Part shown: positions 1 through 12,187 of the stretch, one piece after another
How the letters are laid out: each line of letters opens with the position of its first letter
Numbering within the stretch: position 1 is the first letter of the stretch
Origin: Octopus sinensis
Lineage: Eukaryota
DNA: 64,000 bases
Direction: 5' to 3'
Assembly: GCF_006345805.1 (NCBI RefSeq)
Contig: NC_043016.1
Coordinates: 13,020,001 to 13,084,000 of the forward strand
Translations under genes and position numbers: made by a program
Notes under the pieces: model-generated
The model's input: the letters and a program-made list of their open reading frames with translations, nothing else
Told to the model about the DNA's origin: nothing
Database searches by the model: none

Positions 1-188
1 CTGATTGATTTGCTATAAATGCCTTTCTCTTTGAGAATTTGGCATGCCTCACATAAGAGTAATTTTGTCATTCTCCAAGATCTTTTCTCATATATACATA
101 TAATATATAGCATCTCTTTTCTGTGGATAGTTTATAAAACCAACATAATTCCTTACCTATAAAAGTTCTAACTCTGTCATATGTTTGC

Positions 189-244
189 ACACACACAAAC
201 ACACACACACACACACACACAACGCACACACACACACACACACA

Positions 245-287
<43 letters not shown>

Positions 288-291
288 TCTC
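189..291. repeat. (CA)n followed by (CT)n compound microsatellite
   Basis: Seen directly. Confidence 0.95.
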
Positions 292-854
292 TCTTTGGTC
301 AAAACAGCTGGCCATCCAGAACAATGTGATTATATTTTTACACTTCCTCCATATGTTTTTCAGTTAATCTTTTGTATATTTCTTTTTATCTGATTACCAG
401 ATAAGTTAAGCATAAATTGGAAGGTATGCATCCAAATGCTGAAGGCTAACACCTATTTTAAGAAAAACACTTTAACCACACATATGTGCCCTAAATTTTA
501 TTATTTCTCAAATGTATCTGTGTGTCTCTTTAAACTTTACTTGTTCATGTTTTTACAAAAATAATCTTGCTTCATCACAGTAGTACTAACTAAAAACCGT
601 GTGTGATGGATACATTATTTAAATGTCACAAAGGTTTCAATATATAAGCTGTCATTATGTCGATTATTGAGGTGGTATTGTTATATTTGTCACTGATGAC
701 ATCTTGGCTTTTTGCATGCTAGGAAGTGTTATGTCTATAAATTAAAATTTCATAAGATATTTGCATTGCCATTTTCTAAGAGAAATGGAAGTTTATAAGG
801 TTATCAGTGAAGTTTTACTATAAGGAAAGGAAAGTGAATGCCATTCTCCATGTA

Positions 855-930
<76 letters not shown>

Positions 931-983
931 TGTGTGTGTGGAAGTATGTATGTATCTTTATATGTAAGTACATCAATACTTAA

Positions 984-1205
984 CCCTTTCGTTACCCACC
1001 CGGCTGAAACCAGCTCTGGTTCTGTAGTACAAATGTCTTGTTTTCATAAGTTTTGAATTAAAATCTTCCACCAAACCTTAGTCACAATTTATGTTCCTAA
1101 CACTAGCTGAATGATAACTAAGTTATTGTACTAAATTCTTTGTTATATTTAAAATTAGTTGAAAGAAACATAGAGCGTCTCAAAATAAATATAGAAATGA
1201 AAGGG
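984..1205. mobile_element. piggyBac-type MITE
   Basis: TTAA|CCCTTTC...GAAAGGG|TTAA; a highly similar copy lies at 47340-47560. Confidence 0.8.
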
Positions 1206-1337
1206 TTAAGTATTGGGTATGTTCCTAGTAGTATGGAGATAAAGCACATTCACTGTCTATGGCTATCTGGTGTCATCCACAGTAATTGCACAATTGTCAC
1301 TGAATCTACTTCTGTAAATTCCCAGTGTATGTTGAGT

Positions 1338-1618
1338 ATAAAACAAATGATAGACAGAAAATGGAATACAGGAGAAACTTTATTGCTCACAATAATCATT
1401 TTTGACACGTCCTGCATTGATCCCTCACATGTGGGGATCATCAGGTGAGGTAGTACTATTACAGCACCTGATGAGATGCTTATGCACTGAAGGATGCACC
1501 ACAACTAGTTGTATTGTTTTCCGCCCATGAGGGATCAATGCAGGAAGTGTAGAAATGATTGTTGCGAGCAGTAAAGTTTCCCGTATATTCCGTTTTCCAT
1601 CTATCTTGTTTGTTTTAT
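1338..1618. repeat. Long imperfect inverted repeat (fold-back element)
   Basis: Arm 1338-1447 matches the reverse complement of 1465-1618 apart from about 50 extra nt in the right arm; 17-nt spacer. Confidence 0.8.
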
Positions 1619-2776
1619 GAGTGTGTATGTGTGCGTAAGTGTGTGTATGTGTGCGTGTAAGTATGTGTGTAAATATGTATGTGTAAGTATGTGTGTATAA
1701 GTATGTGTGTGTATGTGTGTCATAGAATCTGGAACAACCTCAGGCTGCTTGGTATCAAAAGGGTTAATACTTTTCTGATTTTTCTAAAAGTAAATATATT
1801 TACATGTTTTATTTTTGATTTAAATTGTAGGGGGAATCAAAGATCCGATCACTTTAAACTAAAGAAACCCAGCTTCATTATCTGAGTAATCAATTAGTTA
1901 AGGTTGATGACGATTTCTAGATAATAAATTACACTAGTTCATGCAAACAAAATGAATTGGTCCAGTGAATGTGTCACTATATGGAACACCCAATGGATGA
2001 ACTTCCATGCGGAAATATCCCTCAAACCATGCTCTGTCTTTGAAAAGGCCATACATGTTGCATAACATGGTTTTGGGTTGTCTGTGCATCAGAAAAAAAA
2101 GATTATGGTCATTGTCAAGATGCTTTTAATGATAGGCCCGCTTGGTCATAGCTCATATGGGCCTAAACAAGAAGGGTATCTCTTCATAGCTGCTTAACTG
2201 CTAGAAATAGCAGTCAGTTTTCCTTCAAATATTATCTTAGAAAATAAAATAAAAGAAACTTTAATGCAGTCTTAGATACACTATCTGAATTAGGGATGGA
2301 TTAATCATTGCTGGAAAACATGATCATAGGTGAAATACCTATATAAACCAAAACAAAAAGTTGCCTTTCTCATATGGTTCTTTAATCCTTCAGCATTCAG
2401 ATTATTCTCTCAAACTTGTTTTCATTTAATCATGCGTTATCTTGTAGCTTCAAGATTTCAATGATCTGATTGTGTATTTCTAGGATGACATTGTTGGATA
2501 TGTGTGAAAGGCTGGATGTGGCAGTTTTAAAAACTAAATGGTTAACCCTGTAAATTAGATTTAAATTATGTATCTTGAAATTAAGCTCACAATGACTTAA
2601 CCAACATACAAGAACAATAATTAAATATATTGCTACAAAGTTTGTATATTGAGAATATCTTTAAAAAAAACAATGTTTGTTTCGTTAAAGTGTAAAATTT
2701 GTAATTTTGCTTTTCAATCTTACTGAAGAAAATGAAGAAGAAACGTTTTGTAGCGGAAAAAGAAGAATAGAATAAA

Positions 2777-2813
<37 letters not shown>

Positions 2814-3737
2814 AAATAACATTAAATAAGTAAGTAATACCAGTTGTGTAGCAAAAAAGAAGAAAATTGCATGGATTCTGTTAGTCATCATTGTTGTCTA
2901 ACTGTATGGTGTAAGCTGTGTTCTTCAAAGCTGAAGAAAAAAGAAAAAAAAAACACGGTTGGAGATGTTTTCTAAGAGGAACACATCATGGGATGATGGA
3001 ATGTCTGTTGATTAGGCTAAGTAAAGTTAGGAATAGTTTAGATGTTTATTTTCTGCAAGAAATTTTTGTCTGGAATTTATGGCTGTCTTTTGGCAAGCGT
3101 TTATATGATGAAAAAATAATTAAAATAAATGGTGAAATCTTATATTTGTAATAAATTTGCAATGTCTTCAGGTGCTTATTTTGTAACAGCACAAGGTTCA
3201 TTCACTATAATTAATTTTGATGATAATGGAAATGTATAACTCAAAATTTAATTCCAGGTTCTAATTGAGGTTGGGGTGGAGGAGTCATCTTCATAATGAC
3301 ATAACTGGTCATACATAAATATTTATATATTTTCTTTTTTAAAAAATTTTTATTTTTATTTTAGTAAAGCACGATATTGCCTAATAGTTGGAAGTTGGCC
3401 AGATATGTTTGTGTGTGGGGGATGGGTGTATGTATATATATATGTGTGTGTGTGTATATATGTATATTAAAATCTATAAATTATACATATATGTTGGTTC
3501 ATTATTTACATTGGACAGATATGTGTCCTCATTTTGTTTGTTGTTACCACAAGGATGTTTTGGCCGAGTTACTCTCCAGCCTTCATTAAGTATCCTGGTA
3601 GAATTTTGATCCCCACCCTGGGTTCTCATTCCTAAGGTTTTTTTCTTTTTTTGCTGATGTTATTGTTATTATTTATTCAAGGCACTACTTGGAATTGAAC
3701 TCACAATTTTGGGGTAGTAGCCTGCACTCTTAACCTA

Positions 3738-3967
3738 TTTCTTTATTACCCACAAGGGGCTAAACACAGAGGGGACAAACAAGGACAGACATAGGTATTA
3801 AGTCGATTACATCGACCCCAGTGCGTAACTGGTACTTAATTTATCGACCCCGAAAGGATGAAAGGCAAAGTCGACCTCGGCGGAATTCGAACTCACAACG
3901 TAACGCAGACGAAATACCGCTAAGCATTTCGCCCGGCGTGCTAACGTTTCTGCCAGCTCGCCACCTT
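3738..3967 (-). mobile_element. SINE family A (tRNA head plus GACTTTGCCTTTCATCCTTTCGGGGTCG core)
   Basis: Near-identical copies at 7144-7373, 30126-30357, 58951-59169 and 62128-62355. Confidence 0.9.
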
Positions 3968-4034
3968 TACACTATATGCCCGTTACACTATTACACTATA
4001 TGCCCGTGGGCAATTATTGAGTGAATTTTAGGGC

Positions 4035-4250
4035 TTATAAACCTAATATTTTCCTATCCTTCCTTAATACTGGTTCCCATATGCTGTTCATATTTGTACT
4101 TGGTCTGCTTAGGAGGCTACTGTGTCCTAGCATATGTGCTGCTTCTTTTAGTTTCTGTGTTTTCCAGTGGTGTTCTCTGTCTATTATTTTAACTTCATCC
4201 CACAAGGGACGGTAGTCTCCGCTTTTCCATACATGATCAGCTACACCCGA
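4035..4250 (-). pseudogene. Penelope-like element GIY-YIG endonuclease C-terminal remnant
   Basis: Translates SGVADHVWKSGDYRPLWDEVKIIDREHHWKTQKLKEAAHM, then after a +1 frameshift LGHSSLLSRPSTNMNSIWEPVLRKDRKILGL*. Matches the PLE pattern SAVAEH-W...KIID-E-...KLKEA. Confidence 0.8.
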
Positions 4251-7143
4251 TATAAATAATGTACAGAATTCCTCATTTCAAAAATAGAGAACAATATATA
4301 TTGGTTGTTGTTTTTAAAAGCACATATCACCTTCTCATGTTAGATACAAATATTTTTTTATGGTTTTCCTTTAATCTTCAGAGGAAACCTACCTTTGTCA
4401 CTTGATACATTTGCTGTAGTTATTTTCTTTGTCATTAGAAATAATTTATGATGTTTAGTGGAGCACGAAACAACTGGTGTACTACATCACACTTCAATAC
4501 CTACAGCGTAATCGTCTCTTAAAGTTGTTAGTCCAAATCCCAGTCGAAGGGCTGCCAAACACAGCACTTCAATGGTAGCAATTCTGATGAGTTAATTAAT
4601 GGATGTTATTATTGATGAAGTGGCAAGCTGGCAGAATCATTAGTATGCTGGCCAAAGTGCTTAGCAGCATTTCATTTGTCTTTACGTTCAGTGTTCAAAT
4701 TTTGCAGAAATTGACTTTCTTTTCATCCTTTCAGGTTGAATAAAATTAGACCCAGTTCGAAACTGGGATTGATGTAGTTAACTTTTCCTCTACTAAAATT
4801 GCTGGCCTTGTGCCCAAATTAGAAACCTATTATTATCTTTATTGACAATAATGTGGTAGACCACCCACCATTCTACCACATTATTAAATGTCAATGAGTG
4901 TTTAAATATAAAGTAATATGAGGTTGATGTACTTTACATACATCTATGTATAACACACACACACAAATGCAAAATTTATCTGAAACTACTCTTTTAGATA
5001 AAGGAGTTGCCATTACTTGATAACTGGCAGGTACCAGGTTTTTGCAGTTGCTGTTATGGTTTAGATTATTATTTTGCTTGGAAAGAAAGAGCAGGTGGCA
5101 ACAAGAAGGGCATCAGGCTTTAGAAATTCTTCTCCAATATCCTTACTTTTGACCCATGCAAACATGGAAAACTAAACGTTTAAATGATGATCATCAGAAA
5201 TGGTCACCATGTGCCTCACCAGTGTCTCTCTCTACCCTTGTCCATATTTTCCCTGCAAGCACCAGTCTTTAGAAAGTCATGCTGAACATGAACTGTATTG
5301 GCATCACCAATTTGGGAGGAGCTGAATTCAAGTTCAAGCAGAGTTGCCCTTGTTTTCCATTTCTCAACACCCTAAACCTAACCATCTAGAGTGTCTAGAA
5401 TAACTACCCGTATATATTACGTTTGATTTGATCATCTGTAGCCAATAGCCACCGTGTTATAGTTTGTCATTTCGTGCTGATACAAGGAATCGATTGGAAC
5501 AGTCTCAGCATAGTTAATGAGATGTGTATATGTTGGTGAACAAAATCTATTGAAATATAATTATCTCTTGTAATATTTGTTAACAATTACAAATATGTAA
5601 GTAGTGCTTCAATTTGCTTTGGAAGGTGAAAGTGTTTTTGGTATAATTTCTACTCATATCGAGTTAGCCAAAAGCACAAATCGTGACTGATAGCTTATAT
5701 TCTGGCAATTGACATGACACATGTGAGCTTAGACAACAGTAGACAAAGTATGCATATGAATTTGGTCTTTACCAATCAATATTTGCCTGAGACAAACCTA
5801 CGAGCCATAGGATACAGACAACAACATTGATCAATTGGCCAGAACAGTTTAAAAAAAAAAATGTAGATGTAATTTTAATCAATGTTGTAACTAGAATGGT
5901 GTCTACACTTTTTACAGTATTTAGTTTTTATTGGTAAGAGAGCAAGGGAGATTGTGGGGGAAATGACTCATTGCTCAAGAATTGATCCAGCTTCTTTGGA
6001 TCAATGAGGTTGCATGAGTTGAAGCAAAGGTTAACACAGATGATTGAATGAATGATAATATACGCAGAATGCTACAACTGTTTTTGGTTGAAGCCAACAA
6101 GAAAACTTCTTATACATGGTTGTCTGACTTGCTAGAAACTACAACCAAATAGCTCTCTACATTGCATCTTACCACCTCAATGTCTTTGTTACTATATTTC
6201 AAATGAAATACCCTTCCTTTGTTTCAATTAATTTTGAAAATTAATGAAAACTTTACTAAAATAACTTTGTAATTGTTGGAACATGAATTAGCACAAAATT
6301 TTGATAGGTATTAATGTAGATCACTCCAGGTTAATGAAGATGAATCAAGATTTTGTTAATTATATGATTTTTTTTTTAAAAAAAGCAATTTTAGGTGAAT
6401 TGGAATAAGTATTTTTTTAAACAACAATAGTTAAATGTTTTGTAAAGTTTGAACTTAATTGTCATTAGCTAATGTAGACTTTGATATGTCAGTATCATGT
6501 TAGCTTTTGTTTGGCATGATTTAAATTTGGGCTGACATAGATATTTAATTAGGCTGACATCATCATCATCATCATCGTTTTAATGTCCACTTTTCCATAC
6601 TTGCATGGATTGGGTTTATTGAGGTAGATTTCCTGCAACTGGATGTCCTTCCTGTCACCAACCCTCACCTGTTTCCAAACAAGGTAATATTTCCCCGTGG
6701 CTGGACAGATTTTTTTTTTTTTTTTGTAGAACATTAGAAATGAATGACACTGCTAGTAATACAGGGATATTCATTTCACAGCCATCATGTGATGTCAAGA
6801 TAAGGAGACACAAACGTACACACACACACACACACACATCTGTACTTGTATACTATAGGTTTCTTTCAGTTTATACCTGCCAGGTCCACTCACGAGGCTT
6901 TGGTCAACCTTGCTCAAGGCGACATGCAGTGCGACTGAATGTGAAACCATGCGGTTAGGAAGCTTACCACAGACGTGTCATGACAACAAATTTTCTGTCA
7001 TAATAGGCAATGTTGAAAATGATAAACATCTCTCTTCATCAGTCTCTCTTAGAAGCAGGTTATGTAAATCAACTCAATGGAGACTCTACAAGGTCACTTG
7101 ATGTGCTAGAAATAGTAGCACATCTAAGTTAAAACCATACCTA

Positions 7144-7373
7144 TTTCTTAACTACCCACAAGGGGCTAAACACAGAGAGGACAAACAAGGACAGACAAAC
7201 GGATTAAGTCGATTATATCGACCCCAGTGCGTAACTGGTACTTATTTAATCGACCCCGAAAGGATGAAAGGCAAAGTCGACCTCAGTGGAATTTGAACTC
7301 AGAACGTAACGGCAGACGAAATACGGCTACGCATTTTGCCCGGTGTGCTAACGTTTCTGCCAGCTCGCCACTT
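7144..7373 (-). mobile_element. SINE family A
   Basis: High similarity to 3738-3967. Confidence 0.9.
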
Positions 7374-7866
7374 AAACTAGGCAGAGGGCTCATTGGGTAA
7401 TGTAAATGTAATCTGAGATATACCTTTTAAGTAAAACATAGCATGGTCATTACAGGAATGCCATTGACCATAGCTTTATTCATCACACCCTCCTTGCACC
7501 ACCAGTGTGCCCATGATGGAGCACTAGTTTCAAAGATTGTAACAGGTCATACTGCTAGCCCAGTAATTAGACTTGTTTATTTTATTTTATCATTTCTTTG
7601 AAAATTGCTTTGTTTTTGACATAAAGGAACCTCACTTGACACTGGTAAATGTGAACACGCGCATGCATCTATGCATGCATGTGCATGCACTCTCTCTCTT
7701 TACTGCAGTTTTCATCTACTAAATTCCAACAACAAGATATTGTGACTTTGTTGATGCAGTAGTAGAAGTTACTTGCCCAAGGTGCCATGCAGAAGTTCAA
7801 ACCTGAAACAATGTGATTGCAAAACAAACTATTTCTCACATGACTATTTCTCTCCCTCCCCCACTC

Positions 7867-7899
<33 letters not shown>

Positions 7900-8154
7900 T
7901 GTGTGTGTGTTCATTATTTGTATTGAGTTAGTTTCTCTGTGTAGTTTTTTTTTAGAGTTATTCAGTTCTTTAGGAATTTTTCAAGGCGACTCGTGTGAGG
8001 GTCAAATTCTTAACAAGTGCTCAAGTTAAATTACGTGTGTAACTTAATGTTGTTCGTCAGCTGCTGGTCTTATATGGAAGTCTTTTAGAGAATTTCAATA
8101 ACAATTAAGTGTTCTTGTTAGTAGTAGTTCCTCCACAGTTAATTCCTGCTACAA

Positions 8155-8319
8155 TCAGTCGTTGGAAGAGTTACAGTTGTATTCATGTCTACATTTCTCT
8201 GCCAGTTCTTGTTTTCTGTTGAGCTTCTGAAATGGCTGAAAGTAAATGTAGTATTTTTTGGCGAGGCAAAGATTTCGTTTTTTTGTAGTTGTTTTAAGTT
8301 CAGCTCTGGACCAACTCAT
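8155..8319 (-). pseudogene. Penelope-like (Neptune-type) GIY-YIG C-terminal remnant
   Basis: MSWSRAELKTTTKKRNLCLAKKYYIYFQPFQKLNRKQELAEKCRHEYNCNSSND* (54 aa, shorter than any ORF in the track). Matches the KRCNLCL-EK...LNK-EL-KCRH motif of PLE endonucleases. Confidence 0.75.
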
Positions 8320-9080
8320 TGACTGTTACCCCTGTAGCCAACTAATGTATAATATGCTGATCAGGAGGACCATAAATGTTATATTCTGATAAGTGTGTGT
8401 GTTACATGGTTTCGGGCTCAGTCCCACTGCGTGGCACTTTGGGTAGGTGTCTTCCACTATAGCCCCGAGCCGACCGAAGCTTTGTGATTGAATTCGGTAG
8501 GCGGAAGTTACTGCTGTGTGTGTATGTGTGCGTATAGCTGCTCAGTGCCTCTCCGAAAGAGAGAGAGGGAATATATATATATATTTGTGTGTGTATATTA
8601 ATCATGGTTTTACATTTCTAGTTTGGAATAGCCTAAGAATGAAAGTACATCTCTGATAAAGTAGATTTTTAAGAGGTTTCCCAACCATTTTTCTGGTTCC
8701 TTAAGAAAATAATTGAATATTTTTATATCATCTGTAATCTCCACAGCTAAGGCTTTCAAATAAATAACTGTAGATTCATCTATATTATACATGTCTTAGG
8801 TATTGTGATTTCTGACACATCTTGATGAAATTTTGAGCAACAATAGAATGAATCATCAACTGTTTGCTTATGGATAATGTGTGTGTGTGGGTGGGTGGGT
8901 GGGTATGTATATATGTGTGACTGCAGATATAACCTTCTTGCAATGGATATACAATACTCTATTAAACACCATAACCAAGATATTTTTTCTATAAAAATGT
9001 TTTTTTTTTTTCATATTGCTGGGTGGCAAGAACTTGGAATTAACAACAAACAATGCTAATAATAATAATAATAAAAATCA

Positions 9081-9111
<31 letters not shown>

Positions 9112-9740
9112 CTTTTGATTGTCTTTTATTATCCATCTGGCATTTCCATTTGCCCATTGTCTCATTTGCCAAGGTGTATTAACTCAGCAGGAACTGTCAT
9201 AAATTTTCTTTTATATATTTTTAAGGAAAAAAAAAACATTGAAAGAAAATTCATCAGTTGATTGAATGACTCCATAGATAGAATGAAATAAACTACATAT
9301 ATACAAACAATCGTAGATAGACACGCTCATATTCAGATTCTCTGTATAAAAATTGGAACATGATGCAATTATAACATGTGTGTATGTTTGTGGATGTATA
9401 TGTGTATACACATATTTATATATTTGTGACACTGTATATTTATATGTATACATTTATGTATCTGTTAATATATTAGTGATATAGTGTGTGTGTGTGTGTC
9501 TGTCTGTCTGTCTATATGCATGCAGATCCTTATGGTGCATGCATAAGCATGTGCCAAGTTGTAGGCTATCATTTTGCTCTTCAGGCATCTGAATCAATTT
9601 TACATAGAAGTACATATTTCCAAAGAGGCAAAGTCTTAGACTGTGATTCTCTTTAAATTTGAGCAATACAAGGTGCTGCTGCTAGTGTAAATAACTAGTA
9701 TATATATATATATATATATGTGTATGTAAATGTACTCGTG

Positions 9741-10050
9741 GGGGTGCAATGGCCCAGTGGTTAGGGCAGTGGACTCGCGGTCGTAGGATCGCGGTTTCGA
9801 TTCCCAGACCGGGCGTTGTGAGTGTTTATTGAGCAAAAACACCTAAAAGCTCCATGAGGCTCCGGCAGGGGGTGGTGGTGATCCCTGCTGTACTCTTTCG
9901 CCACAACTTTCCCTCACTCTTTCTTCTGTTGGCCAGCTCGCTTAGCCAGCGGGGTGGCGTCATTTGAAGGCTAAAACAATGCTAAGCGCATTGTGACCAG
10001 CGATGTGTAGCAACATCTGATAGCCTGGTCGGTCACGGTGATCACGGTGA
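9741..10050 (+). mobile_element. tRNA-derived SINE, CpG-rich and young
   Basis: A box TGGCCCAGTGG, B box GGTTTCGATTCCC, tail TCACGGTGATCACGGTGA; TSD TAAATGTACTCGTG / TAAATATACTCATG; second copy at 46071-46380. Confidence 0.85.
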
Positions 10051-10550
10051 TAAATATACTCATGCAGTAATTTTCATAGACCTTCACAGTAAAAAACAGA
10101 TTGGTTGAATTTGAGAACCAAAATAGCACACCTGTCAGGTACAATGATATAAATATGAATATACATTCTCAGGGGAAAATGGTAAATGGCATTTTGTTTG
10201 TCTTTGTCCTGAGTTCAAATTCTGACAAAGTTGACTTTGCCTTTCATCCTTTCAGAATCAATGAAATACATACCAGTTATGCACAGGGATCAGTGCAATT
10301 GATTGCCTCTTCTCCTAAAATTTTGGGTCTTGTACCTATGATAGAAAGGCTGTATATATATATGTGCGTGTATGTATGTATGTATGTATGCATTTATGTT
10401 TGTATGTTTATGTATGTCTGTGTATATGTATGTATATGTAAACAAATAAGGGTGGCCAGTGGTACGTATTTAAACAACTGACAAATAAAGGTACATCAAA
10501 TACCATTGAGATGAATTCTTTATGTATTGAAGTTACCCCCACTTCTACAG

Positions 10551-10677
10551 AAGTTAAAGCAATCACTTGGGGACAATTGGAACTGACTTTGAATGAGAAA
10601 AGGGAGATAATTTCAAGAATGAAGGATTCTCTGAAATTGACATGTCATTTAGGAAAAGACTGGCTGATTGTCCAAAG
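10551..10677 (+). CDS. Candidate internal coding exon of an unidentified host gene
   Basis: Acceptor CCCCCACTTCTACAG|, donor AAAG|GTAAGA, 127 nt, one open frame (phase 1 to phase 2): VKAITWGQLELTLNEKREIISRMKDSLKLTCHLGKDWLIVQ. No domain recognised and no partner exon confirmed. Confidence 0.3.
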
Positions 10678-10689
10678 GTAAGAAGCCAG

Positions 10690-10732
10690 CTGTAGACATC
10701 TGTTTCTGCTTCAACAAACATCATCAGTACAG
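10690..10732 (-). ncRNA. Minimal type I hammerhead ribozyme motif (second family)
   Basis: Minus strand reads CTGTA-CTGATGA-TGTTT(GTTG)AAGCA-GAAA-CA(GA)TG-TC-TACAG: 5-bp stem I, intact core, 5-bp stem II with one G-U, GAAA, short stem III, GUC cleavage triplet. Confidence 0.8.
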
Positions 10733-10978
10733 TAGTTGCCCTACCTTGTCTCCAATACAGATTATTTAGATATATACAAAATAAGTAGAACACACTTATG
10801 ATCAAGATGATTTGCATATTTTAAACAAAAGTGAGCCAAGGACATTAACTCAGTGGCTGTCTGTTAAGTCAAGAAGGGCATATTCTGCTGTTTGATCAAC
10901 TGACTTATCTGATGATTGAATTAGAAGGTAAATGGCAGAATATTCCATAGGCAGCCTGTCAGTAAAGAATATGAATGA

Positions 10979-11402
10979 AAGGCGGCGAGTTGGCAGAAAC
11001 GTTAACATGCCAGGCGAAATGCTTTGCGGTTCGTCTGCCACTATGTTCTGAGTTCAAATTCTTCTGAAATCGACTTTACCTTTCATCCTTTTGGGGTCGA
11101 TAAATTAAGTACCAGTTACGCACTGGGGTCGATTTAATCGACTTAATACCTATGTCTGTCCTTGTTTGTCCCCTCTATGTTTAGCTCCTTATGGGTAATA
11201 AAGAAATAGGTATTTCGTCTGCCACTATGTTCTGAGTTCAAATTCTGCTGAAATCGACTTTGCCTTTCATCCTTTTGGGTTTGATTAAATAAGTACCAGT
11301 TACGCAGTGGGGTCGATGTAATCGACTTAATCTGTTTGTCTGTCCTTGTTTGTCCCCTCCGTGTGTAGCCCCTTGTGGGCAGTAAAGAAATAAAAGAAAT
11401 AA
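10979..11402 (+). mobile_element. SINE family A, monomer plus 5-prime-truncated second unit
   Basis: Second unit starts at TATTTCGTCTG (about 11211). Confidence 0.9.
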
Positions 11403-12062
11403 GAATATGAATGAATGGTCATAGAAGGAACAGGAGTGGCAAGATTGTTTTGAATTACAGACATTATCTTGCAGACTCTGTTTTATTTACAAGTCTAGGG
11501 GTTGATCTGAAGTTCTTGTAAATCCCATGCCCAAAGTGTCATCATCATCATCATCATCATCGTTTAACGTCCGCTGCTAGCATGGGTTGGACTGTTCAAC
11601 TGGGGTCTAGGAAGCCAGAAGGCTGCACCAGGCTCAGTCTCATCTGGCAGTGTTTCTACAGCTGGATGCCCTTCCTAACGCCAACCACTCCGAGAGTGTA
11701 GTGGGTGCTTTTTACGTGCCACCGGCACAGAGACCATACGAAGCTGGCAACGGCCACGGTCGGATGGTGCTTTTTATGTGTCACCGGCAATGATATTGAG
11801 CTTGAGACATTGTGATTCCAAAAATGAACATTAACTTTTGGCCATGTTTCATGCAACACACACACACACACGAGTGAGCAAACAAATGAAAGGAGCACTC
11901 AATACTTTTGGTTGAAGTTACCTGTATCTTATAACAATTTGGCAAGTCTTGAAACATCTGTTGACTTGGACAGGTTCTATGCTCATGAAACTCTAAGTAA
12001 TGTGAAACTGAGTCAAACTGTTATTAAATATACATAGACACAGACAGAAAAATATGCATAAA

Positions 12063-12100
<38 letters not shown>

Positions 12101-12132
12101 GATGGTTATATTTATATGTATATGTATGTGTT

Positions 12133-12187
<55 letters not shown>

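Noticed and set aside
1446-1467. TGAGGTAGTA, the first 10 nt of let-7, inside a hairpin
   Set aside because: The following bases (CTATTACAGCAC) do not match let-7 (GGTTGTATAGTT), and the hairpin is explained by the inverted repeat.
2723-2750. CTGAAGA...GAAA-CG-TT pattern
   Set aside because: Purine-only spacer cannot form stem II; no stem I.
9741-9822. tRNA-like A and B boxes (also 12960-13036 and the SINE heads)
   Set aside because: No complete cloverleaf; they continue into SINE bodies with TSDs.
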